The position numbers and the translations under genes are program-made. DNA of 64,000 bases from Nitrososphaeria archaeon (GTDB lineage: Archaea; Thermoproteota; Nitrososphaeria; Geothermarchaeales; JDFR-13), in contig JALWXN010000004.1 of NCBI GenBank assembly GCA_027078545.1, positions 864,001 to 928,000 of the forward strand. Reading direction: 5' to 3'. The notes below the pieces were generated by a model. The model was not told the DNA's origin and searched no databases. It saw only the letters and a program-made list of their open reading frames with translations. Positions within the stretch are counted from its first letter, which is position 1; every line of letters begins with the position of its first letter. Of the stretch, positions 8,665 to 17,424 are shown in pieces.

Positions 8665-9224
8665 ATCCTCTCAAGCCCCCTCTCAGCCGATGCCTCCCTA
8701 GCGGAGAGCCTCCTCCCTAGGATCGCGAAGATATTGGCCAGTAGTGTAAGGCTCAATGTGGGGGACACAACTGGCCGGAGGGTGGTGCTGAGCGTCTCTG
8801 GGCTTCCCAAGACACTTATCGAGACAGCCACGCCTACCGATAGGCCGGGCCCTATAGAGCCGCCCAGCCCTATGAGTAGGAGGGAGTAGACTATCGTCAG
8901 GACCATCCCGGTCAGGGATGGGAGTTTGAATCCTATCAGCTCCCTGGAGAGCCTCCTATCCCTGACCAGCGAGCCTGCCACGAGTGAGAGCCCAGCAGCT
9001 GCATAGGAGAGCTTTGAGGAGATGTAGAGATAGCTGAGTATGGGCATCTCGCCGCTCGAACCGAAGAGTAGTATAGAGACCCTGTCGAAGCCGAAGGATA
9101 CCTCACCGGCCTCCGAGGCCAGCTTGACGAGTGGCCCCCCGAAAAGCACTAGGTATAGGGTTATCAGGCCGGAGAGGAGGGCCGGGACATTTATATGCCC
9201 CAGGTAGAAGACCCTCTCTAGCAG
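8625..9224 (-). CDS. Hypothetical integral membrane protein (about 4 TM)
   Basis: Hydrophobic segments. The ORF-track start overlaps the upstream gene; a CTG at 9224, just after the upstream stop, is a plausible start. Confidence 0.6.
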   Translation of the reverse strand: MLERVFYLGHINVPALLSGLITLYLVLFGGPLVKLASEAGEVSFGFDRVSILLFGSSGEMPILSYLYISSKLSYAAAGLSLVAGSLVRDRRLSRELIGFKLPSLTGMVLTIVYSLLLIGLGGSIGPGLSVGVAVSISVLGSPETLSTTLRPVVSPTLSLTLLANIFAILGRRLSAREASAERGLERISHYLPILFPLAP

Positions 9225-9231
9225 CGTCTTA

Positions 9232-9735
9232 TCACGAGACGGAGATGTATCCGGTGAACTCGACCCTCCTGACGAATACCTCACCCTGATACTCCACCTC
9301 CATGTACAACACTATGTTCACGTCATACCTACCCTTGGCGAACTGGGAGGCAGGTATCCCAAGCTCCACGGGGATCTCGAAGCTCAACGACTTACCAGCC
9401 TCTAGGGTGCCAAGATCCATGTCTAGGGACACGTCTTGTGAGAGTCGGAGCTCTGCACCTGTAGGATCGACACTTGAGATGTTTACACTCGCATTGATAA
9501 CCTTGAGACCGAACTCCCTGTTACCTGTGTTAAGGGCCTTGACGACGAGGAGCATCTTCGAGTCCTCGATAATCATGTCCTCCAGCCGGAACTCCGCCTC
9601 TATACGTATCGTCTCGAAGTCGAGCTGTAGAAACCTCTGTATATCGAAGTCGACGAGGTAGAGCCCATAGAGTATGGGGGCCGCGAACATAATGATGAGT
9701 ATAATGTTGACTAATTTTGATACATGGCTAGACAC
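9232..9735 (-). CDS. Membrane-anchored beta-sandwich protein (LEA_2/Ig-like, hypothetical)
   Basis: N-terminal TM followed by alternating beta-strand pattern, with NTGN and LEAGKSLSFEIPV. Confidence 0.6.
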   Translation of the reverse strand: MSSHVSKLVNIILIIMFAAPILYGLYLVDFDIQRFLQLDFETIRIEAEFRLEDMIIEDSKMLLVVKALNTGNREFGLKVINASVNISSVDPTGAELRLSQDVSLDMDLGTLEAGKSLSFEIPVELGIPASQFAKGRYDVNIVLYMEVEYQGEVFVRRVEFTGYISVS

Positions 9736-9780
9736 GCGGCACCCCCACCAACAAATCCATTATTAATATCACAATATGTA

Positions 9781-10563
9781 TTAAACCCTTGACTGCTTCT
9801 CCTCCAGCTTCATCCTTAGATACGTGAAGATCATCGCGACCAGCACTATGATCGTTGAGAGAGCGTTGATATCCAGCTCAACCCTACCCCTAGCCACCCT
9901 CGTCCAGATATATACTGGTAGGGTGTCGAAGCCGGTAGGCCTAGTGAAGAAGGTCTTTATGAAGTCGTCATAGCTCCATATGAAGGTTAGGAAGGCCGCC
10001 GCCATCACAGCCGGCATCATAAGCGGGATAGTTACCTTCACAAAAGTCCTGATCTCATCAGCCCCCAGAGTCATGGCGGCCTCCTCATACTCCCTGTTCC
10101 AGCCCTGGAACCTCGCCTTAAGGATCAGGTATGCCAGGGGTGCGTCGAAGGCAACATGCCCAATTATGATTGTAAATGGGCTGAGAGGTATCCCCACTAT
10201 GCTTAGGAAGAGGGCCAGCGTCACAGCCTCGACTATCTCGGGTATGATTATCGGCACCATGATAAGGCTGTCTAGGATCGTGCTCCCCCTAGGCCTGTAA
10301 CGGGTGACCCCATAGGCCATCAATATACCTAGGATCAGAGAGACGACCACTACTACCAATGCTGTCCATATAGAATTGTAGAATGAGCCCCACACCCTCT
10401 CATTGGAGAATAGGCTGATATAATTCTCCAGGGAGAAGCCCTCAAAAACCACCTTCGACCTTGAGGCGTTGAATGAGAAGGCAACCATGACAGCGATAGG
10501 GATGTAGATGAGAATCATAACCGTCCAGAAGAATATCTTAAGAAGTGTATCCACCAGCTTCAA
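9781..10563 (-). CDS. potC: Spermidine/putrescine ABC transporter permease PotC
   Basis: YIPIAVMVAFSFN, IIPEIV, EEAAMTLGA (EAA motif), TLPVYIW, INALSTI. Confidence 0.88.
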   Translation of the reverse strand: MKLVDTLLKIFFWTVMILIYIPIAVMVAFSFNASRSKVVFEGFSLENYISLFSNERVWGSFYNSIWTALVVVVVSLILGILMAYGVTRYRPRGSTILDSLIMVPIIIPEIVEAVTLALFLSIVGIPLSPFTIIIGHVAFDAPLAYLILKARFQGWNREYEEAAMTLGADEIRTFVKVTIPLMMPAVMAAAFLTFIWSYDDFIKTFFTRPTGFDTLPVYIWTRVARGRVELDINALSTIIVLVAMIFTYLRMKLEEKQSRV

Positions 10564-11477
10564 ATGAGGGTCACCTCCCTACCCACGAAGCGGAAGTAGA
10601 GGTAGGTAGCGATAACTATGAGGCCTACATAGACCATCGCCGCGGCACTGCCCAGTGCCCAGCCCTGTATACCACTCACCTTTATGAACTGGTCGAAGAT
10701 TAGGCGGCCTATCGGGTATGACTTACCGCCACCCACTATGATAGGTATTATGAACTCACCCATTGCGGGTATGAATACTAGTAGGCTCCCGGCTATTATC
10801 CCCGGCTTGGCCAGCGGCAGTGTAACCTTCACAAGGGTCTTGAAGGGAGTCGCTCCAAGTGTATACGCAGCCTCTATAAGCTCCTTATTAATCTTCTCCA
10901 CCACCCCGTAGATCGGGAGGAGCATGAATATCAGGTAGCTATAAACCATCGTGATCAGGACAGCGGTATCCGTACCGATTATGGATATCGGGCCATCAGT
11001 TATACCGAGAGCCATCAAGGTTGTAGAGACGATCCCATCGGGATGGAAGAGGAATCTTATGGCGTAGACACGTATGATGAAGTTTACCCAGAAGGGGAGG
11101 AAGATAAGGAAGAGGACGAAGTTCTTCCTCCTCCTATCAAGCTTGAAGGCCATGTAGTAGGCCATGGGGAAGGATATCAATAGTGTCCCAATAGTCGTGA
11201 AGGAGGCGTAGTAGAGGCTCTGCATAATGCTGACCGAGGTACCCGGGCTCGTGAAGAAGCTTATATAATACTCGAGACTAGGCTGGAGACTCAATACCCA
11301 TACAAGTGCGTCACCAATCCTTTCCCTAACAAGCATACCGAAGCTGAGGAGGAGCGCGACAACGAAGGGGAGGAAGAAGAATATCGCAAGTGTTATTAGG
11401 CCAGGGGATAAAAAGAGTATGGTTTTCAGCCGCCGGTCCCTACGTATCCTATCCGCCAAGCGGCTAAGCAGCGACAC
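10560..11477 (-). CDS. potB: Spermidine/putrescine ABC transporter permease PotB
   Basis: LPFWVNFIIRVYA, YSYLIFMLLPIY, IEAAYTLGA, GSLLVFIPAMGEF; GTG start overlaps the potD stop (TAGTG). Confidence 0.88.
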   Translation of the reverse strand: MSLLSRLADRIRRDRRLKTILFLSPGLITLAIFFFLPFVVALLLSFGMLVRERIGDALVWVLSLQPSLEYYISFFTSPGTSVSIMQSLYYASFTTIGTLLISFPMAYYMAFKLDRRRKNFVLFLIFLPFWVNFIIRVYAIRFLFHPDGIVSTTLMALGITDGPISIIGTDTAVLITMVYSYLIFMLLPIYGVVEKINKELIEAAYTLGATPFKTLVKVTLPLAKPGIIAGSLLVFIPAMGEFIIPIIVGGGKSYPIGRLIFDQFIKVSGIQGWALGSAAAMVYVGLIVIATYLYFRFVGREVTLI

Positions 11478-12661
11478 TACGCAGTCTGCACCTGCTGCCA
11501 ATACCTCTGCCAGAGCTCCTCCAACTCGGGTGTCAGCATAGTCCAGTAGAGCTTGTCGTAGAGGCTCTCCGGGACGAAGATAGTCGGGTCGTTCCTAAGT
11601 ATCTCGGGGACATACTTGATACCGGCTGGGAATGGATACTTCACAGTCATGGTGTGGATAGCAGATATCACCGGGTCGAGGAACCAGTTGATGAAGGCGT
11701 GGGCATTCTCGATGTTCTTGGCATTAGCAGGTATCGCGAAGTTGTCGAACCAGGCTACGGCACCCTCCTCGGGAACCACATACTTGATCTGTGGATTAGC
11801 GATACCCATCAAGACCTCTGTCTCACTAGACTCATAGATGATACCGGCGATATCACCGTTCCAGGCCTGGGAGATGTAGAAGAGACTTCCCGTTGGAAGG
11901 TTCTCCATAATCGCCTCGGTAGATACGTATCCATATAGATACTGCTTCTGGGCAATAAGCAGGTCGGCTATGTCTTGAAGCTGGTTCTCATCCATAGTGT
12001 CGATGGGATATCCAAGGTAGATAGCGGCCGCGTCCATCACCTCGATACTCTCCTCTAACATCGTCACCTTACCAGCATGTCTCCTAATGATGCTGTCGGG
12101 ATTGTCAACGTCGAAGAGGTCTCCCCAGCTGGTTATCTCGTCCCCGCCAAGCTTATCCTCGTTATATGCTATAGCCGTCGTACCATAGCTATAGATCACG
12201 GTATACTCGTTGTCTGGATCCCACTCCCTACCCATGAAGTTCTCGGGGATGTACTCAACGTTGGGGATCTTGTCGAGATCGATCTTCTGTAGAAGCCCCT
12301 TCTCAATCAGGGATGGGATGTAGGAGGCGCTCGGAACGACGAGGTCATAGCTAACGGTACCCAGCTCAAGAGTGGCGACGAGCTCATCGTTAGACTCGTA
12401 GTGGTCGATCGTCAGCCTGATACCATTCTCCTTAGCCCACTGGTCGATAAGCTCAAGATTGGCGTACCACGTCCAGTTGTAGAAATTGAACTCCTCCTCC
12501 AGCTCCACACCAGCCCTAGAGGCAAGCTCCCTAATCCTCTCGTTGAGGCTGTCGACCTCACCCTGCCTAGCCATGTAGCCAGCTCCGACGCCCAGCGCTA
12601 GCCCGGCGGCCCCGGCCACCGCTACCCTCAAGAAGTCACGGCGACTAGACACCTTAACCAC
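11477..12661 (-). CDS. potD: Spermidine/putrescine ABC transporter substrate-binding protein PotD/PotF, Tat-exported
   Basis: SRRDFL twin-arginine signal; FYNWTWY, YESNDEL, YDLVVPS, AWNGD, PEEGAVAWFDNFAIP, AHAFINW. Confidence 0.88.
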   Translation of the reverse strand: MVKVSSRRDFLRVAVAGAAGLALGVGAGYMARQGEVDSLNERIRELASRAGVELEEEFNFYNWTWYANLELIDQWAKENGIRLTIDHYESNDELVATLELGTVSYDLVVPSASYIPSLIEKGLLQKIDLDKIPNVEYIPENFMGREWDPDNEYTVIYSYGTTAIAYNEDKLGGDEITSWGDLFDVDNPDSIIRRHAGKVTMLEESIEVMDAAAIYLGYPIDTMDENQLQDIADLLIAQKQYLYGYVSTEAIMENLPTGSLFYISQAWNGDIAGIIYESSETEVLMGIANPQIKYVVPEEGAVAWFDNFAIPANAKNIENAHAFINWFLDPVISAIHTMTVKYPFPAGIKYVPEILRNDPTIFVPESLYDKLYWTMLTPELEELWQRYWQQVQTA

Positions 12662-12695
12662 CAGGGCCTGATGTTATTCTTATCCCTGAAAACCT

Positions 12696-12758
12696 CTTTT
12701 AAATCAACCTACTCTTTCCTGTAGGTTGAGCGAAGTAACACTAAGTATGCATATTTAG
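12696..12758. promoter_or_regulatory. pot operon TATA box with two adjacent palindromes
   Basis: Minus-strand TTTAAAAG (12703-12696) abuts TCAACCTAC-N8-GTAGGTTGA (12704-12729); a second near-perfect palindrome CTAAGTATGCATATTTAG lies at 12741-12758. Confidence 0.55.
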
Positions 12759-12873
12759 GTGATCGGCTAGACCCCAACACCTATACAAGGGTTTTTATCG
12801 CTATGTGATTCCTCTCCCTAGCCCGTGACGATTGATAGGGTCTCATTAGCATGGTCGAGCCATATATTTTGAC

Positions 12874-13326
12874 ATGGGATGCATCGATCCACGCTTCTTC
12901 GACCAGGAGATATACGCAATCTATAGGGCAGTCAACGAGAAGATTGGGGAGGATACGTGGTGGATAGTCTGGAGGGCTGGAGAGATCCTACTCGACGAGC
13001 TATGGCAGGAGCTCGGCCTATCAAGCCTAGGCCTGGGAGAGGCGCTCAAGAAGCTTGGCGAGTGGCTGAAGAGGGTCGGCTATGTCGAGGATATAGAGGT
13101 CCGTCTCCACGATGGGGAGGCGGAGTACATCATGACCGAGCCAGTCATCACTCCTGGTGCCAAGAGGCTTATAGAGGAGGGGATGGTGCCCCCACACATC
13201 TCCACCAGCCTACTATTCGCCCTCCTGAAGAGGCATGGTTACCGAGCCGAGATGGCGGGGGATCCAGTATTCCTGGAGGACGGCCGGGTACTCGAGAGGT
13301 GGAGACTTGTAAGGCTTGAGGAGTAG
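12874..13326 (+). CDS. Hypothetical protein, possibly V4R/H-NOX-like small-ligand-binding fold
   Basis: Pattern of helices (..AGEIL.., LGEWLKRVGYV) then strands resembles V4R-like domains; metal-binding Cys residues are absent. Confidence 0.55.
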   Translation: MGCIDPRFFDQEIYAIYRAVNEKIGEDTWWIVWRAGEILLDELWQELGLSSLGLGEALKKLGEWLKRVGYVEDIEVRLHDGEAEYIMTEPVITPGAKRLIEEGMVPPHISTSLLFALLKRHGYRAEMAGDPVFLEDGRVLERWRLVRLEE

Positions 13327-13337
13327 GTGGTCATCCC

Positions 13338-15158
13338 TTGATAGGCTTTGAGGAGTGGGACCCATCCCTTAGGGACGAGGTCTTCCAAAAGCTGAAGAGC
13401 TTCTCGAAGCCAGGAACGGAGTATAGGCTTGCCGGGACAGAGGCGGAGGAGAGGGCGGCCCATTACATAGCGGGGAAGATGGGGGAGCTAGGTCTAGAGG
13501 TTGAGCTACAGCCAGTACCCATAGATGGATGGAGAAGGATCGATGGATACATAAGATGCGAGGATGGATATAGAGCCGAGCTCTACACCTATGCCGGGAA
13601 CCCCGGCGGCTCTGCCGAGGGTGAGCTAATAGCTATAGAGGACCCCCTCGAGGGAGATGTGGAGGGGAGGATAGTCCTCTTCCTAGGTGATACCTACCCC
13701 TCACACCTGATAACCATGGCTATAATAGCCAGTAGAGGGGCGAGGGCCATAGTCCTGGGGAAGAGGAGTGATAAGTATCCTAGCCACTACCACATAGCGA
13801 ATAACGAGTCGGCCGACTACATCCCACTGGGAGTAGTACGATGGGGGGATGTGGAGAGGCTCCTAGAGAGGGTTGGCAGACATTTCGAGCTGTCAATCGA
13901 GACAGAGATATTCAGGGGGACGGGCTACAACGTCATAGGCACGATTGGAGAGGGTCCGGAGATACTCGTGACGGCCCACCACGACGCCTACTACCCAGGA
14001 ATAGTCGACAACGCATCTGGCGTAGCCGCTATACTAGACCTAGCCAGGGCGATCAGAGACTCACCATCCCGCAGCAGGTTCAGATACAGGTTTATCAGCT
14101 ATACAGCGGAGGAGTATGGGCTTAGGGACCAGGTCTTCGACTACCTAGTGGGGAGTAGACACTACTTCCGCGAGTTAGCAGGCGATCCCTCAAGGCTGGG
14201 CAGGATAGTCGCGATGATAAACTTCGACGTTATAGGGCTTAGGGGGGAGCCGATAGGTATAGCCTATACCCCAGACCTTGAGGAGGCCGTTGTATCCACC
14301 GTCAACAGCCTATCAATAGAGAGTAGGAGTGGGTATAGACTGATCGATATGCCCAGCATATGGCTAGACATGTGGCCAGCCACCATATGGGGTATAAGCA
14401 CGGTAAGCTTCTCCCAGCTGGGTGATAACACTTATCACCAGTACTACTACCACACCGAGGGGGACACCGAGGAACTGATAGGCGATGAAAATTATCTAGA
14501 GACACTGGAGACCGCCTATGAACTAATTGAGAACATATCCAGGACGAGGACACCATTCCGAGTCTCAAGGATACTCAACAGGCTATCCAAGACCCTGCGG
14601 GAGGACTGGGGACCAGGACAGAGAAGCAGGTATAGAAGGGCAGTAGATAGGGTCATAGAGCTCGAGGCCCGGCTCCAGCAGCTCGAACATCTGAGGGAGG
14701 CTGGGGGAGAGGTCAGGGGGTATAGGAGGATAATGGGTATGCTCAGGAGGGATCTATATAGACTGCTATATAGCTACGGCCTCAGATTCCCCACCACACT
14801 CTTCCCACTGCCCTGGGGAGTGGTCCTCACACATATAGAGAGGGCCTTAGAAAGGGGTGGGGATAACGCCAGGGAGATCCTACGGACATATATGGGGGCT
14901 ACGTGGCCACTACACCTTGAGGAGAAGTATCTCAAGGATATTTTGGATAGGCTGAGGAGGGTGGAAGGCCTAGGGCTTGGCCAGCCACCAATATATCCGG
15001 AGCCTGATAGGCTGGATAGGGATCTACTAGACTGGCTAGCCACGACCCGTGAGGCCTATATAGACATGCTTTGGAACGTCTTGGAGGCGCTGGGGGAGAT
15101 CGTTAAGCACTATGAGGAGGAGGCTAAGCAGTCACCCTCCCGAGAGACCTCTCCATAA
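13338..15158 (+). CDS. M28 family metallopeptidase with PA domain, cytoplasmic, with helical C-terminal extension
   Basis: RLAGTEAE, TAHHD, GIVDNASGVA, TAEEYGL, INFDVIG, YYHTEGDT. Confidence 0.85.
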   Translation: MIGFEEWDPSLRDEVFQKLKSFSKPGTEYRLAGTEAEERAAHYIAGKMGELGLEVELQPVPIDGWRRIDGYIRCEDGYRAELYTYAGNPGGSAEGELIAIEDPLEGDVEGRIVLFLGDTYPSHLITMAIIASRGARAIVLGKRSDKYPSHYHIANNESADYIPLGVVRWGDVERLLERVGRHFELSIETEIFRGTGYNVIGTIGEGPEILVTAHHDAYYPGIVDNASGVAAILDLARAIRDSPSRSRFRYRFISYTAEEYGLRDQVFDYLVGSRHYFRELAGDPSRLGRIVAMINFDVIGLRGEPIGIAYTPDLEEAVVSTVNSLSIESRSGYRLIDMPSIWLDMWPATIWGISTVSFSQLGDNTYHQYYYHTEGDTEELIGDENYLETLETAYELIENISRTRTPFRVSRILNRLSKTLREDWGPGQRSRYRRAVDRVIELEARLQQLEHLREAGGEVRGYRRIMGMLRRDLYRLLYSYGLRFPTTLFPLPWGVVLTHIERALERGGDNAREILRTYMGATWPLHLEEKYLKDILDRLRRVEGLGLGQPPIYPEPDRLDRDLLDWLATTREAYIDMLWNVLEALGEIVKHYEEEAKQSPSRETSP

Positions 15159-16554
15159 GGCCTTCAGGGATGTATGGCGGGAACCTCTGTCTAAGCTCCG
15201 CAAATATCTCGTCAGTCGTCCTGGCCCACTCAGCTATCCCCTCAGGCCTCTCAGGATAGTCTAGGTAGTGCTGCTTCACCCTCTTCATAACCTTCAACGT
15301 ATAGTCGAGATCCCTGATCACACCCATCTTCCCATGGGCCATAGCCTTCAACACCTTTACGAGCTTGTCATAGACACTTATAACGTCATCCTCATCCCTC
15401 GCCTTGGAGACCTCCTCACTCTTCAGAATCCCATACCTAATCACGAACTCATACTCGGCATCGCTATACGCCTGCATCAGGTGTCTAAAGACGTCTAGCC
15501 TAGCCTGCCTCACACCATAGGGGCTAGTCATATATGCATGTTGATACCTCCACATCATCTCCATGCTGTAGTCCCCGGCCTCCACAGCCTCGGCTACATA
15601 TTTCGACAATAGGTATGCACCATAGAGACCATAGCCTATCCCCTCAGCCGTCGCAGGGTCAATCATTATCGCGCTGTCACCCACAGCCGCGAAGCCGTTC
15701 CCCACGAAGACGTGTCTAGGCCTCCTGTTAGGGATGTTCCAGGTGCCCTTCTTAATGATCTCCCTCTCCGCCAGTAGGTCCGGCATGAACTCCCGGATAT
15801 ACCTCTCCATCAGGATGTGGGGCTTAGGTATGTCGGGGTGGGGCATCACCCCATTCCCAATGTTGAGCATGTATCCCTCCCTATCCCATGGGAAGAGCCA
15901 TACATAGCCCGTAGGGGCATACTCGCTTATGAACTGTAGATGGACATAGTCAACCTCCTCAAACCTCTTCTTTATACGTACAACCTCTCTATACGCGTTG
16001 ATGATATCCCTATCCAAGATCTCCTTCTCAATACCCCATGTCTCGGGGGCCTTCCTTATCAGTATCGAGCTGTAGCCAGTTGCATCCACAACCACCTTAG
16101 CCCTTATCTCGTAGGGCTCACCACCTCCCCGGGGCCTGACCACGATCCCCTTTGCATAGCCATCCTCAACAACCAGGTCCTGTATGATTGTGGAGCTATA
16201 GAGCTCAGCACCCGCATCCAGCGCCATTCTGAGGAGCTCTTGCCCCCATCCATGCCTATCAACCACGTATCCACCCTCCCTAGTCTCAACGGCTATGCTA
16301 TACCTCATATCCCTGGGGTAGACCTTTATCCCCTTGATATAGCTCCTCACAATGCTGTCACTGGGGTGTGGAAGGCCCGTTGCAGAGAAGTGGTGGCCAG
16401 CTATAGCGTCTCCACATATCTTATCCCCAATATCCTCCCTACTACGCCTATCCACCAGTGCTACGCTCAGCCCCTTCTTTGCCAGGAGGTATGCAGCCGT
16501 CATCCCAGCCGTCCCGGAACCTGCTACTACGACGTCATAGGTCTTCTGCTCCAT
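15124..16554 (-). CDS. Geranylgeranyl reductase family FAD-dependent oxidoreductase
   Basis: YDVVVAGSGTAG, KICGDA, VDATG, GYVWLFP, VGDSAIMIDPATAEGIG. Confidence 0.88.
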   Translation of the reverse strand: MEQKTYDVVVAGSGTAGMTAAYLLAKKGLSVALVDRRSREDIGDKICGDAIAGHHFSATGLPHPSDSIVRSYIKGIKVYPRDMRYSIAVETREGGYVVDRHGWGQELLRMALDAGAELYSSTIIQDLVVEDGYAKGIVVRPRGGGEPYEIRAKVVVDATGYSSILIRKAPETWGIEKEILDRDIINAYREVVRIKKRFEEVDYVHLQFISEYAPTGYVWLFPWDREGYMLNIGNGVMPHPDIPKPHILMERYIREFMPDLLAEREIIKKGTWNIPNRRPRHVFVGNGFAAVGDSAIMIDPATAEGIGYGLYGAYLLSKYVAEAVEAGDYSMEMMWRYQHAYMTSPYGVRQARLDVFRHLMQAYSDAEYEFVIRYGILKSEEVSKARDEDDVISVYDKLVKVLKAMAHGKMGVIRDLDYTLKVMKRVKQHYLDYPERPEGIAEWARTTDEIFAELRQRFPPYIPEGLMERSLGRVTA

Positions 16555-16691
16555 CTAACCACCTACTTGTATATCCGGGTATCTATCTAGTATTCCCCCG
16601 GGTTACTATATATCGGCTGTAAATACCTCACGGGGGATGGGTATATACCTATACAGGGTTATCAAGCCGGATAGTCAATACTATATGGTGG

Positions 16692-17174
16692 ATGAAGGGG
16701 TACGCCGCGGTAGCAATAGTACTAAACGGCTCAGAGGTATTGATGATTAGGCGTGCCGAGAGGGACGACGATCCCTGGAGTGGAGACCTAGCCCTCCCCG
16801 GGGGTAGACATGTGGAGGAGGATAGGGACATGCTCGACACGGCTATCAGGGAGCTATGGGAGGAGGCCGGAGTATCCATAGGGAGGGGCGATACCGAGCC
16901 GATCACCCTGGGTGTGTTCCACCCCATGTCCTACCCCGAGTATAGGGTGTATGCCATAGCCTTCATCCTCGGGAAGAAGCCGAGCACCAGGCCGGGTGAG
17001 GAGGTTACACAGGTATTCTGGCTAGACCTCGGAAACGCGAGGGAGGACACCTGCCTCAAACATGTCAGGGCGAGGGGAGTGGATCTTGAGGTTCCCTGTA
17101 TAAAGACGAGGTATGGAGATGTATGGGGACTGACGTATAGAGTCTTGAAGAGGGTTGTGAGGGACCTCCTATGA
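16692..17174 (+). CDS. Nudix hydrolase, CoA pyrophosphatase-like
   Basis: IRRAERDDDPWSGDLALPGG, Nudix box TAIRELWEEAG, VWGLTYRVL. Confidence 0.88.
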   Translation: MKGYAAVAIVLNGSEVLMIRRAERDDDPWSGDLALPGGRHVEEDRDMLDTAIRELWEEAGVSIGRGDTEPITLGVFHPMSYPEYRVYAIAFILGKKPSTRPGEEVTQVFWLDLGNAREDTCLKHVRARGVDLEVPCIKTRYGDVWGLTYRVLKRVVRDLL

Positions 17175-17407
17175 AGATAGACACCCTCCTAGAGGTGATA
17201 CACCAAGTGATACGGAGGGCGGGGGCGGATAGTCCGGAGGAGGTGGAGCTATGTATAGAGGGGCTACACAACGACCTGTTGAGGGAGTTGGCTGCCAGGC
17301 TGAGGACGGCATACATCTCCAGTAGGTGTGAGGACGGGGTCTATAGGGAGGAGCTCGAGATAAGTGGGCAGAGAATAGTCGTGGGTGTCAGGAGGCTGGA
17401 GATATAA
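17171..17407 (+). CDS. Small hypothetical protein
   Basis: ATGA overlap with the Nudix stop; host-like codon usage. Confidence 0.55.
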   Translation: MKIDTLLEVIHQVIRRAGADSPEEVELCIEGLHNDLLRELAARLRTAYISSRCEDGVYREELEISGQRIVVGVRRLEI

Positions 17408-17424
17408 AGAGTAGGGGGTGGAGG

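Noticed and set aside
12668-12690. TGATGT...CTGA as a second C/D sRNA
   Set aside because: Imperfect C box, no C'/D' pair or terminal stem, and it sits in the potD leader region.
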